A stretch of 64,000 nucleotides of DNA from an uncultured Armatimonadetes bacterium (GTDB lineage: Bacteria; Armatimonadota; UBA5829; DTJY01). A program made the position numbers and the translations under genes. Below the pieces are notes generated by a model. That model ran no database searches. It saw only the letters and a program-made list of their open reading frames with translations, and was not told the origin of the DNA. This document shows positions 31,278 through 41,874 of the stretch, piece after piece (position 1 is the stretch's first letter; every line of letters begins with the position of its first letter). Location: assembly GCA_963717145.1 (NCBI GenBank), contig OY970325.1:3776001-3840000 (forward strand). Direction: 5' to 3'.

Positions 31278-31310
31278 ACATGTCCAGCATGTCCGACATG
31301 TCATACTTGT

Positions 31311-32018
31311 CTAACCGGCGTGTTCTTCGTGTCCGGAGACCGCAATCGAAATATAGATCGTGGTCAGCATCGCGAACACCAGTGCCTGGACGAACGATGT
31401 GAACACCGCGAAAACCATCAGCGGGAACTGGACGGGTACCGTCAGCACCGGGATGCCATGGTATCGGATCAGGGCAATGCTCATCCCCGCCAGGATGACC
31501 AGGATCGTTTCCTCGCCGAATATGTTGCCGAAAAGACGGATCGAGAGCGAGAGTGGCCTGGCCAATTCGCCGATCACGTGGATCGGGAACATCAGCGGCA
31601 CCAGTACCCACTCTACGGCGCTCCCGGGGTTGCCGAGCAGATGCATGAACCACGCCTTGAGGCCGGTCTCCCGCAGCCCGAAGTAGTTGTACATCACGAA
31701 GACTATCAGCGCCAGGGGGATCGTGATGCTCAGGCCGCTGGTCGGCGCTTTGAACCCCGGGACCAGGCCGATCAGGTTCATGGTTAGCACATATATGAAA
31801 ATAGTGCCGATGAACGCCGTATACTTCTCGCCTCCGTGACCAAGGATCCCGACTACAAAGCCGTTCAGCGAGGAGACGATCAGCTCGACCACGCCCTGTG
31901 TACGCGTCTCCGGGATCTTCCGAAGCTTCCGAGTCGCCAGTATGGAGGCCACGACGAGTGCTAGAATCACCAGCACCGACATGGCCAGAAGCAGCCAGGG
32001 ACTTACTTCTTCTTCCAA
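31311..32018 (-). CDS. atpB: ATP synthase Fo subunit a
   Basis: NLIGLVPG..PT, ARPLSLSIRLFGNIFG and VQALVFAML. Confidence 0.95.
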   Translation of the reverse strand: MEEEVSPWLLLAMSVLVILALVVASILATRKLRKIPETRTQGVVELIVSSLNGFVVGILGHGGEKYTAFIGTIFIYVLTMNLIGLVPGFKAPTSGLSITIPLALIVFVMYNYFGLRETGLKAWFMHLLGNPGSAVEWVLVPLMFPIHVIGELARPLSLSIRLFGNIFGEETILVILAGMSIALIRYHGIPVLTVPVQFPLMVFAVFTSFVQALVFAMLTTIYISIAVSGHEEHAG

Positions 32019-32031
32019 CTTCCCAATCTCC

Positions 32032-32424
32032 CTAAGTCTTGCTCGCGTTCAGCCGCTCGACGAGCCCGATCCCCATCATTTTGGCTATAATTGCGAAATG
32101 CACGAGCGCCATTCCCCCGCAGAACGCCAGGAGATTCACCTTGTCCCAGCGCACCAGCCAGTAGAGCCCCCCGCAGATCAGCGGATACTTCAACAGGCTG
32201 AACTTCAAGAGCGCTCGCCCCGCCGATCTAGCATCCGGCACGAACGCCCGATGGACTATCCAGTCGAAACCTGCCAGGACCGCCGTACTGAGAGCCATGC
32301 CGAGCGTGATGCTCAGGGCAATCCACGGCCTTCCGAGTCCCAGCGCCCATATCATCGCCGTCGCCCACGTAATCGCGACGGATCTATATACCTTATGTAT
32401 GCTGTCCAGGCTTCCGATCATCAT
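32032..32424 (-). CDS. atpI: ATP synthase subunit I-like membrane protein
   Basis: About 130-aa four-TM protein directly upstream of atpB. Confidence 0.7.
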   Translation of the reverse strand: MMIGSLDSIHKVYRSVAITWATAMIWALGLGRPWIALSITLGMALSTAVLAGFDWIVHRAFVPDARSAGRALLKFSLLKYPLICGGLYWLVRWDKVNLLAFCGGMALVHFAIIAKMMGIGLVERLNASKT

Positions 32425-32638
32425 CGTTTGAGAGCGAGAGCGCTGTTCGGATCATCTCCACGAAGCCGGCGACGATGCCGAGCAGCAGGCAGACGAACAC
32501 AATCCAGTCGCCGGCGTGGAATATGCGCTGGAGCAGGAGTCCGAGCCCATATCCGATAACGGTCGAGACGACCAGCATGAGGCCGATCGAACTCGCGATA
32601 CCCGCCTTCGTCCACCGGTTGCCGTTGTTTTGCAGCAT
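32393..32638 (-). CDS. AtpZ/AtpI family protein
   Basis: SIGLMLVVSTVIGYGLG...LLGIVAGF two-TM pattern; first gene of the operon. Confidence 0.75.
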   Translation of the reverse strand: MLQNNGNRWTKAGIASSIGLMLVVSTVIGYGLGLLLQRIFHAGDWIVFVCLLLGIVAGFVEMIRTALSLSNDDDRKPGQHT

Positions 32639-33019
32639 GAAGGCCTCACCGCACCATGTCCCCTGACAGTCGGCGCTCCGTTCAAAACAACAGCGCCCAT
32701 GCCCATGAGCGCCCTCGTCATTCACGGTGCGACCGGCCGGAATGTCAGCGATTCACAACTTATTTCCGGCAGGATGCGCGTTCTGGCCTATGTTATACCC
32801 TCATTCATGGAAATCCTTTTTTTGGAGCGCGAGTCCTATTTGTTACATTTTTCACCAAATCAGACTCGGACGCGGAACTATATCATACCGACGCGTATTC
32901 CGTCAACCTGCGGCTAGAACCGGTACTCTGCACAGCTTTCGTCGGGGCAGGCCGTCCCGATAATATGAATAGAGGCGACTCGAAGGCGGTGATCCCCTGC
33001 CCTTCCGCCTCGGAAACCA

Positions 33020-33048
33020 TTGACAAACGGCGGGTGAACTGGTACATT
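33020..33048 (+). promoter_or_regulatory. Sigma70-type promoter upstream of the flgM leader
   Basis: TTGACA-N17-TACATT. Confidence 0.6.
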
Positions 33049-33091
33049 AGAGTCGCCGAGAAAATTCCTGAAAGTTTTTTTCGTCCGACCC

Positions 33092-33118
33092 TAAAGATCG
33101 GTGGAACCGCGCCGATAA
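33092..33118 (+). promoter_or_regulatory. Sigma28 (FliA/SigD) promoter
   Basis: TAAA-N15-GCCGATAA, a perfect consensus match. Confidence 0.85.
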
Positions 33119-33139
33119 TAGTGAAAACAGCATCATCAG

Positions 33140-33247
33140 CACGAAAAAGGCAAACTCTTCGAAAGAAGGGGACGCAAAGCCGAGGGTCTAAGCCCTTCTC
33201 CCACGCGACTCTGTCGCCTGAGAGGGTATGACAGCCTGGCTGCCGTC
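33140..33247 (+). ncRNA. c-di-GMP-I (GEMM) riboswitch
   Basis: AAAGGCAAAC-TCTTC-GAAA-GAAGG-GGACGCAAAGCC..GGTCTAAG...ATGACAGCCTGGCTGCCG, followed by a T7 tract. Confidence 0.92.
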
Positions 33248-33310
33248 TTCAAGCTTGGGAGAGCATGTCTTTTTTTGCTTCCGCCCTCCCGAGCAGAGAG
33301 GGGCGGTACA

Positions 33311-33613
33311 ATGCAGATATCAGCAACCGAAGTAGAGAAACTGCTTGCGAAGCAGATCCGGACCCGCAGGCTCGGCGAGACCGAGATGGAGTTCAAGGAG
33401 ATCGCGCTCGAAGCACTCCCCGAGAGCAAAGTCTCTGAGCCGTCAGCATCCGAAGTCGCCCGCGTCGCCGAGATAGTCAAAGCCGCGCCCGATGTCCGCG
33501 AGGATGTCGTCATGAGGCTCAAGGAGCGCGTTGAGAGCGGCGAATACAAGGTCAGCGGCGAAGAGATCGCGGACATGATGGTTCGCAGGATGAAAGCCGA
33601 CCAGATCAAGTAG
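33311..33613 (+). CDS. flgM: Flagellar anti-sigma28 factor FlgM
   Basis: C-terminal PDVREDVVMRLKERVESGEYKVSGEEIADMM; sigma28 promoter upstream. Confidence 0.85.
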   Translation: MQISATEVEKLLAKQIRTRRLGETEMEFKEIALEALPESKVSEPSASEVARVAEIVKAAPDVREDVVMRLKERVESGEYKVSGEEIADMMVRRMKADQIK

Positions 33614-33737
33614 TATGGCCAACCCGTCATTCCACTTTGCGAGGCCGTTCCGTTCATCGGGACGGCCTCACTGCTAGGTCTCATTTGTCAGTTCTACTCA
33701 GTCCCCCACCCTCCCGCTCGCCTTCTCCCGTTGACAC

Positions 33738-33827
33738 GTAGTGGCCGCGCCTCCGTGCCGGCCATGCTTTGTCGGACGGGTTGCAAATGTCGGACCGAGA
33801 TGGCCGGCACGGAGGCGCGGCCACTAC
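33738..33827. repeat. GTAG REPIN (RAYT family)
   Basis: Inverted pair of the 28-bp REP. Confidence 0.9.
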
Positions 33828-33914
33828 ATGCAGGGAGGAGATGCCTTACCGCATGACGAATCTGCTACAGAGACTGCGCTTGTGTCAATGGCATCATAGA
33901 CACCCGAGGGAAAT

Positions 33915-34778
33915 ATGGACATGGAAGTTGCACGAGATGACTATGACGTGGAGACGCCGCAACCGGTGGAGATCCTCTCCGTCATCGACATCGACCTTGA
34001 CAGGATCCGCCTCAATCCGAACCAGCCGCGGAAGTTCTTCGACGACGAGAAGCTCGACGAGCTTGCGGAGTCGATCCGGCGGAATGGGATCATCCAGCCC
34101 GTCGTCGTGCGGCCGGTCGATGGCGACTCCTTCGAGCTGGTCGCCGGCGAGCGCAGGTTTCGTGCGGCGGTCCAGGCGGGACTCAGGACTATCCCGGCGC
34201 TCCCTCGTGTCCTGAACGACCTGGAGACGCTCGAGATCGGCCTGATAGAGAACATCCAGCGCGAGGATATCAAGCCTCTTGAGTGCGCTGACGCATACCG
34301 CAGACTGATCGACCGATTCGGGCTCACGCAAGAGCAGGTCGCGGACCGAGTCGGCAAGAGCCGTTCTGCGGTGGCGAATACCCTCCGGCTGCTGAACCTC
34401 CCCCTGCCGATCATCGAGAGCCTCGACCGCGACGAGATCACCGAGGGACACGCTCGGGCGCTCCTCTCGATCGCGGATCCCGAGTGGCAGATCGAGGCAT
34501 GGCGCACGATCGTGAGGCAGGGGCTGAATGTCCGTGAGGCCGAGCGTCTTTCCAGAGTGTCAGGCGCTTCAAAGACGTCCAAGACAGCGGATGTTTCACG
34601 TGCAACACGTCATAGACGTCCCGACCCCAACCTCGCGGACGTCGAGGACAAGCTGCGGCGGTACCTGGGGACAAAGGTTGTCATATCCCGCCAGGGTGAG
34701 AAGGGAAGCATCGACATACAGTTTTACAACGACGAAGACCTGATGCGCATCATCGATCTGCTCGCATCAGGTGTTTGA
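33915..34778 (+). CDS. parB: ParB/Spo0J partition protein
   Basis: NPNQPRK.F, GIIQP, AGERRFRA, IENIQRED and HTH VGKSRSAVANTLRLL. Confidence 0.93.
   Translation: MDMEVARDDYDVETPQPVEILSVIDIDLDRIRLNPNQPRKFFDDEKLDELAESIRRNGIIQPVVVRPVDGDSFELVAGERRFRAAVQAGLRTIPALPRVLNDLETLEIGLIENIQREDIKPLECADAYRRLIDRFGLTQEQVADRVGKSRSAVANTLRLLNLPLPIIESLDRDEITEGHARALLSIADPEWQIEAWRTIVRQGLNVREAERLSRVSGASKTSKTADVSRATRHRRPDPNLADVEDKLRRYLGTKVVISRQGEKGSIDIQFYNDEDLMRIIDLLASGV
34592..34607. promoter_or_regulatory. parS site inside parB
   Basis: TGTTTCACGTGCAACA, one mismatch to the consensus TGTTTCACGTGAAACA. Confidence 0.75.
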
Positions 34779-34792
34779 CTTGTACTCGTAGC

Positions 34793-34979
34793 GATGTCAT
34801 TCTGAGCAAGTCACTGCGTCGCAGGCGCAGTTATTTCGGACGAAAAGCACACCGCGAGTCCTGAGTGCGCCTCTGGGCGTGTATCGAAGGACGGCCTTGT
34901 GCCATGAGCCGTCCTTCGATACACGCCCAGAGGCGCACTCAGGACTGACGGCAGGGGACTCTTAGCTCAGAATGACATC
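34793..34979. repeat. Composite REPIN-like element (long family)
   Basis: GATGTCATTCTGAGC...GCTCAGAATGACATC outer IR with an inner AGTCCTGAGTGCGCCTCTGGGCGTGTATCGAAGGACGGC hairpin. Confidence 0.9.
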
Positions 34980-35021
34980 TGCCGTGAGCCGTTTCATCAC
35001 TATGACAAGGTGGACAGAGCC

Positions 35022-35552
35022 ATGAATGACGTTGTCTATGATTTGCCGATCAAGGAAGTGGCGGAGATACTCGATAAGAGCGACCGCCAGGTGCGCCGGT
35101 ATGTCAAGGAGAGGAAGTTGAAGGCCCGGGCCGTCAGAGTCGATGGACATCCTCGATTGATGTTCAACACTGATGAGGTGCAGGCATTCAGGGAGCGCTT
35201 CAGCGACGAGGGGATCCTGACGGCGGAGTTCGAATCTGAGGGCCAGATCATCGTCGAGGGCTCGGACGACGGCCAGGAGATGGACGGTGACAGCGTCACG
35301 GATACACCGGACATCGGCGGCGGCGACGGTGCGGTCAAGTATGTCATAGACGCCCTCAGAGCAGAACTCAAGGATGCTCGGGACGAGAACCGCGATCTTC
35401 ACTACCAGCTCGAGCAGCGGTCCGGCCAGGTCGGATTCCTGCAGGGCAGGGTGGAGTCGCTCCAGGATGAGCTGAAGATGCTCATGCCCGCGCAGAAGCC
35501 CGAGGACGACGCAAAGCGGCCCTGGTACCGCCGGGTATTCCGCCGCGGATAG
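35022..35552 (+). CDS. HTH + coiled-coil protein with basic amphipathic tail (RacA-like architecture)
   Basis: IKEVAEILDKSDRQVRRYVKE HTH, coiled coil ALRAEL...VESLQDEL and C-terminal KRPWYRRVFRRG. Confidence 0.7.
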   Translation: MNDVVYDLPIKEVAEILDKSDRQVRRYVKERKLKARAVRVDGHPRLMFNTDEVQAFRERFSDEGILTAEFESEGQIIVEGSDDGQEMDGDSVTDTPDIGGGDGAVKYVIDALRAELKDARDENRDLHYQLEQRSGQVGFLQGRVESLQDELKMLMPAQKPEDDAKRPWYRRVFRRG

Positions 35553-35592
35553 GTCCGTCCGACACCATGCTCGTCATAATGTGAGGCCACCG

Positions 35593-35749
35593 GATGTCAC
35601 TCTGAGCCTGTTACTGTGCTCGCGCAGTTGTTTCCGACAGAAAGGAACCGTGAGTCCTGAGTGCGCCTCTGGGCGTGTATCGAAGGACGGCCTCGGTGCA
35701 GCTAGCCGTCCTTCGATACACGCCCAGAGGCGCACTCAGGACTCACGGT
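35593..35749. repeat. Composite REPIN-like element (right outer arm missing)
   Basis: Same left end and inner hairpin as 34793-34979. Confidence 0.88.
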
Positions 35750-35799
35750 AGGGGCTTTGGGGCATACAAGACCGTGAAATGATATCGTGGAGGTTTCTC

Positions 35800-38700
35800 T
35801 TGCGCAGATTACCGAGCCTTCCTTATAGTGGTTCTCCTCGGCGCGTCCATCGGCGCGCTGAATGCACAAGCGGCCGGCGCCGATCTGCTGGCGAGGCTCA
35901 GACAGATCGGCGGCGCGTCATCCCTCGGCGAATGGAAGTACATCCCGGCCGATATCCCCGGCGCGGAGCAGGTTTCCCTCGATGATTCCTCGTGGAAGTC
36001 CGGCAGTCCCGAATTCGAGTGGGGTGGGGAGCGAATCGCCTGGCTGCGCAAAACGATTGACATCCCTGACACGGTCAGCGGTGTCAAGGTCGCCGGGTCG
36101 AGGGTCACCTTCTGTGCGGGGATCGACGACGACGGCGAGTGCTACGTCGACGGCAAGCTCAGGCAGCAGTTCCACTGGGATCAGTGCCGAGTCGTCCTCA
36201 CCGAGAGCGCCAAGCCAGGCGACAAGTTCTCGGTCGTGCTCAAGGGGATCAACGTCGGAGGTCCAGGACGCCTGCTCTTCGCCCGCCTGGAGTTCAATGC
36301 GGTCGAGGAGATGCGCTTGAACGCCTCGGCCTTTGCCCAGGATGTCGAGATGTCAAGGCGACTGATCGACCTCGAGCAAGATGCCCTCAAGAAGGATACC
36401 TACCGCAAATGTGTCGATGAGGCGCTGTCGCTGGTTGACATGGACGTCCTGGACAAAGGTGACGGCAAGGCGTTCCTCGATTCGCTAGTCAATGCCCGGA
36501 ACGCGCTCGATCCGCTCGGAAACGCGATGAAGGCATACACCGTCGATCTCATCGGACATGCGCACATCGACATGAACTGGCTATGGCTCTGGCCCGAGAC
36601 CGTAGACGTCTGCAAGAACACGTTCTCCACCGCGCTGACCCTTATGGGCGAATACCCCGGTTTCAAGCTCTCTCAGAGCCAGGCGTCAGTCTACATCGCG
36701 ATGGAGGAGGAGTACCCTGATCTCTTCGCTGAGATGCAGAGAGCCGTGAAGCGTGGCCAATGGGAGATCACCGGCGGGACATGGACCGAGGGTGACATGA
36801 ACATGGCGTCCGGCGAGTCGATCGTCCGCCAGATCCTCTACGCGCGTCAGTATTTCCTGCGGAAGTTCGGCGTCTGGACGGAAACCTGCTGGGAGCCTGA
36901 CACATTCGGACATGCGTGGACAATACCCCAAATACTTGCCAAGAGCGGACTCAAGTACTACTACTTCTGCCGGTGCGCGAAGGACCAGCGAGTCTTCTGG
37001 TGGGAAGGCCCCGACGGATCGAGGGTGCTCGCCTACAATCGCGGTTGGTACAGCGAGAAGGTCACCGATTCCGTGATGGACGCCGCGTTCGACATCGACA
37101 AGCAGTATGGTGTCAAGGAGGGGATCATCGTCTATGGAGTGGGCGACCACGGGGGCGGGCCGACTCGGAGCGACCTTGACAAGGCGGTCGAGTTGCAGAA
37201 GAGGGCGGTCTACCCGAGCGTCGAGTTCAGCACGACCAAAGACGCCTGGCGTTCCCTGGCGGCGCAGAAGAAAGACTGGCCGGTCATCCGCGACGAGTTG
37301 AACACTGTCTTCGAGGGCTGCTACACGACGCACTCGGACATCAAGAGGATGAACCGTGTGATGGAAAACCTGCTTCCGACCGCTGAGGCGTTCTCGGCGC
37401 TGGCGATCCCATACGGCTACAAGTATCCGACCGAAGGCTTCACGACCGCCTGGCGAAACACCTGCTTCAATCAGTTCCACGACATCTTCGACGGCTCGGC
37501 GATCCATGGGTCGTACGAATATTCGAAGGGGCTCTTCGACAAGGCGTACGACATCGGCGACTCAGCGCTCACGAATGCGATGCTCAGGCTTGCGAAGAAC
37601 ATCGACACGAGCGGCAGGGGCATCCCGGTCCTCGTGTTCAACCCGCTCTCCTGGAAGCGCTCGGAGGTCGTCCGCACGCTCGTGCCGGCGGACCTTCGGG
37701 ACAAGGAGATCGAGGTTGCGGATTCTCGTGGACGCGCTGTTCCCGCAAAGGTCGATGGTGACCAGATCGTGTTCCTGGCGAAAGGTGTCCCGTCGCTCGG
37801 ATACCAGGTTTTCCACCTCAGGGAAGGGCAGGGGACTGACGCGCAGACGGTTTTCGCCACCTCGAACTCGCTGGAGAACCAGTTCTTCCGAGTGCGGATC
37901 GACCCCGCGTCCGGAACGCTGGTGGACATCTATGACAAGGTCGCCCAGCGCCAGGTACTCATCCCCGGTCAGAAGGGCGATCTGCTCCAGCTCCTCTTCG
38001 AAGACCCGCACGGCATGTCGGCGTGGAACATTGGCCAGATCACCAAGACGGTGAACCTCGACTCCGGCGCGTCCGTGGAGGTCGTCTCACCGGGCGGTCC
38101 GGCGGCGACGATTCGCATTCGACACGCCTACAACAAGTCAGTCTTTGTCCAGGATGTCACACTCTATGACGGAGTCCCCCGGATCGATTTCAAGCTCGCC
38201 GCCGACTGGTACGAGCAGGGAACCGCCAATGAGAGCGGCCCCATGCTCAAGGTCGCATTCCCGATAAATGTCAAGGATGTCAATGATGTCGCGGCTGTCA
38301 AGGCGACCTTCGAGATTCCATTTGGAAGCATCGAGCGACCGGCGAAGGGCAACGACGTCCCCGCACAGAAATGGATCGACGTATCCGGGTCGGACTACGG
38401 TGTCAGCCTGCTGAACGACTGCAAGTATGGCCACGATGTCAGCGGCAGCACGATGCGCCTCACGCTCCTGCGCTCCTCGTACGATCCCGACCCAACGCCC
38501 GATCAGGGACATCATGAGATCACTTACTCGCTCTATCCGCATCAGGGCGACTGGAAGCAGGCCGACTCGGTCCGCAGGGGATATGAGTTGAACAATCCGC
38601 TGATCCCCATGACGACCGAAAGCCATCGAGGGAAGCTCCCACCTGGGCACTCGTTCCTTGACATCGAGCCGTCGAATGTCATAGTCACGGCGCTCAAGAA

Positions 38701-38914
38701 GGCCGAGGAGTCGGACGACCTGATCCTGCGGTTCTACGAGTGCGAGGGCAGGGGAGGCAGGGCGTCGATCGACTTCGGATTCGACGCGGAGTCGGTTCGG
38801 GAGACGGACCTGATGGAGCAGCCGGTGAAGGGGCTCGATATCGCGGTCCGGAACGGGCGAGTGAGCATCCCGTTCGGCAAGTGGGAGATCAAGACACTGC
38901 GGATCTCGAAGTAG
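35800..38914 (+). CDS. Alpha-mannosidase (GH38); probable +1 frameshift in the signal peptide (~35817)
   Basis: GHAHIDMNWLW, GESIVRQ, PDTFGH, YGVGDHGGGPT and NQFHDI. GGAGG + TTG at 35800 gives MRRLPSFLIVVLLG if one C is removed. Confidence 0.9.
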
Positions 38915-38919
38915 ATCAT

Positions 38920-38987
38920 GTAGTGGCCGTGCCTCTGTGCCGGCCATACTACTACGTCGCAGGCCGGCACAGAGGCACGGCCACTAC
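38920..38987. repeat. GTAG REPIN (RAYT family)
   Basis: Inverted pair of the REP. Confidence 0.9.
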
Positions 38988-39085
38988 ATGCGCCGAAAGG
39001 GTGGGGACGTCCGCACGCAGAGACCCCCTCGGCCCAGAGGCCTGTCCCCCTTTATCAAGGGGGACAGAAGTGTGAGGGTAATGAG

Positions 39086-40330
39086 ATGAGGCTGGATGAG
39101 AGCATAATCCGCCGGATGGTGAAGGATGCCGTCGCCGAGGCGAAGGTCACCGACCTGCACACGCATCTTTACGCGCCTGAGTTCGGGCCGCTGATGCTGT
39201 GGGGCATCGACGAGACGCTCACATATCATTACCTGATCGCGGAGGTATTCCGCCGGCTTGACATGCCGTATGACGCGTTCTGGGCGCTCACGAAGCAGGC
39301 GCAGGCCGATCTCATCTGGCGCGTCCTGTTCTTGGAGCATTCACCGATCAGCGAGGCGTGCCGGGGCGTGCTCACCATGCTCCAGGGGCTCGGGCTCGAC
39401 GCATCTGAGCGGGACTTGAGTGTCCATCGGGAGTTCTTCCGACGCCAGGACCCTGTCAAGCATGTCAATCATGTCTTAGCCATCGCGGGGGTCGAGTCGG
39501 TCGTGATGACGAATGATCCGTTCGATGACACCGAGCGGCCCGTCTGGGCGGGCGGATTCAGTACCGATCCACATTTCCGCGCGGCGCTCCGGGTCGATGT
39601 CCTACTCAACCTCTGGGAGACCGCCTGCCCGAAGCTCATGGGGTGGGGGTATGACGTCCAAGCCGATCTCAGCGGCAACACGGTCACCGAAGTCCGCCGA
39701 TTCCTCGCCGAATGGATCGATCGGATGGACGCCCTCTACATGGCGGTCTCACTCCCACCGGATTTCGAGTACCCACAGGAGACCGTCCGAGGCCGCTTGA
39801 TCGATGAGTGCGTCATCCCGGTCGCGCGAGAGAAGGGCATTCCATTCGCGCTCATGATCGGCGTCCGGCGGCGGATCAACCCCAACCTCCGCATGGCGGG
39901 CGACGGAATGAGCCTTGCCGGCGTGGAGGCGGTCGAGCGGCTCTGCGATGCCAACCAGGACGTGAAATTCATGGTCACGATGCTTGCACGTGAGAACCAG
40001 CACGCATTGTGCGTCGCGGCGCGGAAGCTCCGGAACCTGCTGATCTTCGGATGCTGGTGGTTTCTGAACATCCCCAGCCTGATCGATGAGATTACGCGCA
40101 TGAGGATCGAGCTGCTCGGCCTGAGCTTCATCCCACAGCACTCGGACGCGCGGATCCTCGAGCAGTTGATCTACAAATGGGCACACTCTCGGCAGGTCAT
40201 CGGCGACGTGCTCGCGGAGAAGTACGTCGATCTGGCCGCGAAGGGGTGGGGCGTCACTGAGGACGAGATCCGACGCGACGTGGGCGATCTCTTCGGCGGA
40301 AACTTCTGGAGATTCATCGGGAGACGCTAA
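39086..40330 (+). CDS. uxaC: Glucuronate (uronate) isomerase, amidohydrolase superfamily
   Basis: TDLHTHL, LTYHYLIAE, MTNDP, GCWWF and PQHSDAR. Confidence 0.8.
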   Translation: MRLDESIIRRMVKDAVAEAKVTDLHTHLYAPEFGPLMLWGIDETLTYHYLIAEVFRRLDMPYDAFWALTKQAQADLIWRVLFLEHSPISEACRGVLTMLQGLGLDASERDLSVHREFFRRQDPVKHVNHVLAIAGVESVVMTNDPFDDTERPVWAGGFSTDPHFRAALRVDVLLNLWETACPKLMGWGYDVQADLSGNTVTEVRRFLAEWIDRMDALYMAVSLPPDFEYPQETVRGRLIDECVIPVAREKGIPFALMIGVRRRINPNLRMAGDGMSLAGVEAVERLCDANQDVKFMVTMLARENQHALCVAARKLRNLLIFGCWWFLNIPSLIDEITRMRIELLGLSFIPQHSDARILEQLIYKWAHSRQVIGDVLAEKYVDLAAKGWGVTEDEIRRDVGDLFGGNFWRFIGRR

Positions 40331-40373
40331 CCGCCAAGCCGCCGGGATTCGGGAAGGGAAGAGGGAGACAACA

Positions 40374-41618
40374 ATGCTCAAGTTACTTATGATCGCGACG
40401 GTGCTATCGTGCATACTCGGCACGACGCTCGCCGGCGAGACTGTCAAGAAGACCGTGCCGACGAAGGTCACCATCGACAAGCACAACCGGCTGCTGCTCA
40501 ATGGGAAGCTCTGGTTTCCGCTCTGTATCTCGGCCGGCCCGCCGCCGCTCGGCGCTAAGTCGCCTGATGGACGAGATGCGCTGGCCGTGCTCGCCGAACA
40601 TGGCATCGACTCGTTCCGCGTGAGCGTCGAAGATGAAGGAAACCTCACAAAGGAGTTGCCCCCATATCTCGATTGGGCCGCCAAGCACGGGATGTACTGC
40701 TTCCCGAACCTCAATGACCTCACCGTTTTCGATCCCAAACAACCCAAGCGTCCCGAAGAGCTTCGCGCGATGATCGAGCGGTTCATGTACCATCCGGCGC
40801 TCGCGATATGGAAGTGCAAGGACGAGCCCGCGTGGGGTGGGGCGTCGATCCCGGGTCTCAAGCAGGCATACGATTTCATCAAGAAGATCGACCCCGATCA
40901 CCCCGTCTGGATGACTCACGCGCCAAGGAACACGCTCGAGCTGCTTCGGGAGTACTCTGTCGCGTGCGACATCATCGCGCTCGACATCTACCCGATCTCA
41001 GTGCCGCCGGGGAAGCACTCGCACCTGCCAAACAAGCAGCTCAGCGTCGTGGGCGATTATACACAGTGGATCCGTAAGGCGGTCTATGACAAGAAGCCTG
41101 TGTGGATGGTCCTGCAGGTCTGTTGGAGCGGGGTGATCCCGCCGAAAAACGTCCTGATGTACCCGACGCTCCACCAGGAGCGGTTCATGGTCTACCAGGC
41201 GATCATCAACGGCGCGCGCGGCCTGCTTTTCTTCGGCCCGACGGTGGCGCTGGAGGGTAAGAACGCCGAACTCGGGTACAACTGGACCTTCCAGGATGAG
41301 GTCCTCAATCCACTTCTGGATGAGATCGGCCCGAAGAGCGAGCTTCACGGGGCGCTCGTCGCACCTGACTCGAAGGTTCGGCTGAAGGCGTCCGGCGCGG
41401 ATGACATCGAGTTCCTGACGCGCGAGGCCGGCGATCATCTCTACCTCATGGCCTGCAAGCGCGAGGGTCCGAAGGCCGAGATCAAGTTCACCGGGAACCC
41501 GCTCGCCGGAGATATCGAGGTACTGTACGAGAACCGGACGCTCGAGGCGAAGGACGGCGTGTTAACGGACTCCTTCGGCCCGAACGACGTGCACGTATAC
41601 AAGGTACGACTGAGATAG
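40374..41618 (+). CDS. Secreted hypothetical protein, glycoside-hydrolase-like TIM barrel
   Basis: Signal peptide; LNGK.WFP, W..KDEP, DIYP, VWMVLQ and AIINGARGLLFF. Confidence 0.6.
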   Translation: MLKLLMIATVLSCILGTTLAGETVKKTVPTKVTIDKHNRLLLNGKLWFPLCISAGPPPLGAKSPDGRDALAVLAEHGIDSFRVSVEDEGNLTKELPPYLDWAAKHGMYCFPNLNDLTVFDPKQPKRPEELRAMIERFMYHPALAIWKCKDEPAWGGASIPGLKQAYDFIKKIDPDHPVWMTHAPRNTLELLREYSVACDIIALDIYPISVPPGKHSHLPNKQLSVVGDYTQWIRKAVYDKKPVWMVLQVCWSGVIPPKNVLMYPTLHQERFMVYQAIINGARGLLFFGPTVALEGKNAELGYNWTFQDEVLNPLLDEIGPKSELHGALVAPDSKVRLKASGADDIEFLTREAGDHLYLMACKREGPKAEIKFTGNPLAGDIEVLYENRTLEAKDGVLTDSFGPNDVHVYKVRLR

Positions 41619-41619
41619 G

Positions 41620-41810
<191 letters not shown>

Positions 41811-41874
41811 TTCCCTCTGAACATCGCCGGGTTTTCGGCGTCTTAAGCACTAATATGCGGAACAGGAGTAGGTA

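Noticed and set aside
33140-33247. c-AMP-GMP (GEMM-Ib) specificity for either riboswitch
   Set aside because: Both have G at the position before GCAAAC (G20 equivalent), consistent with c-di-GMP.
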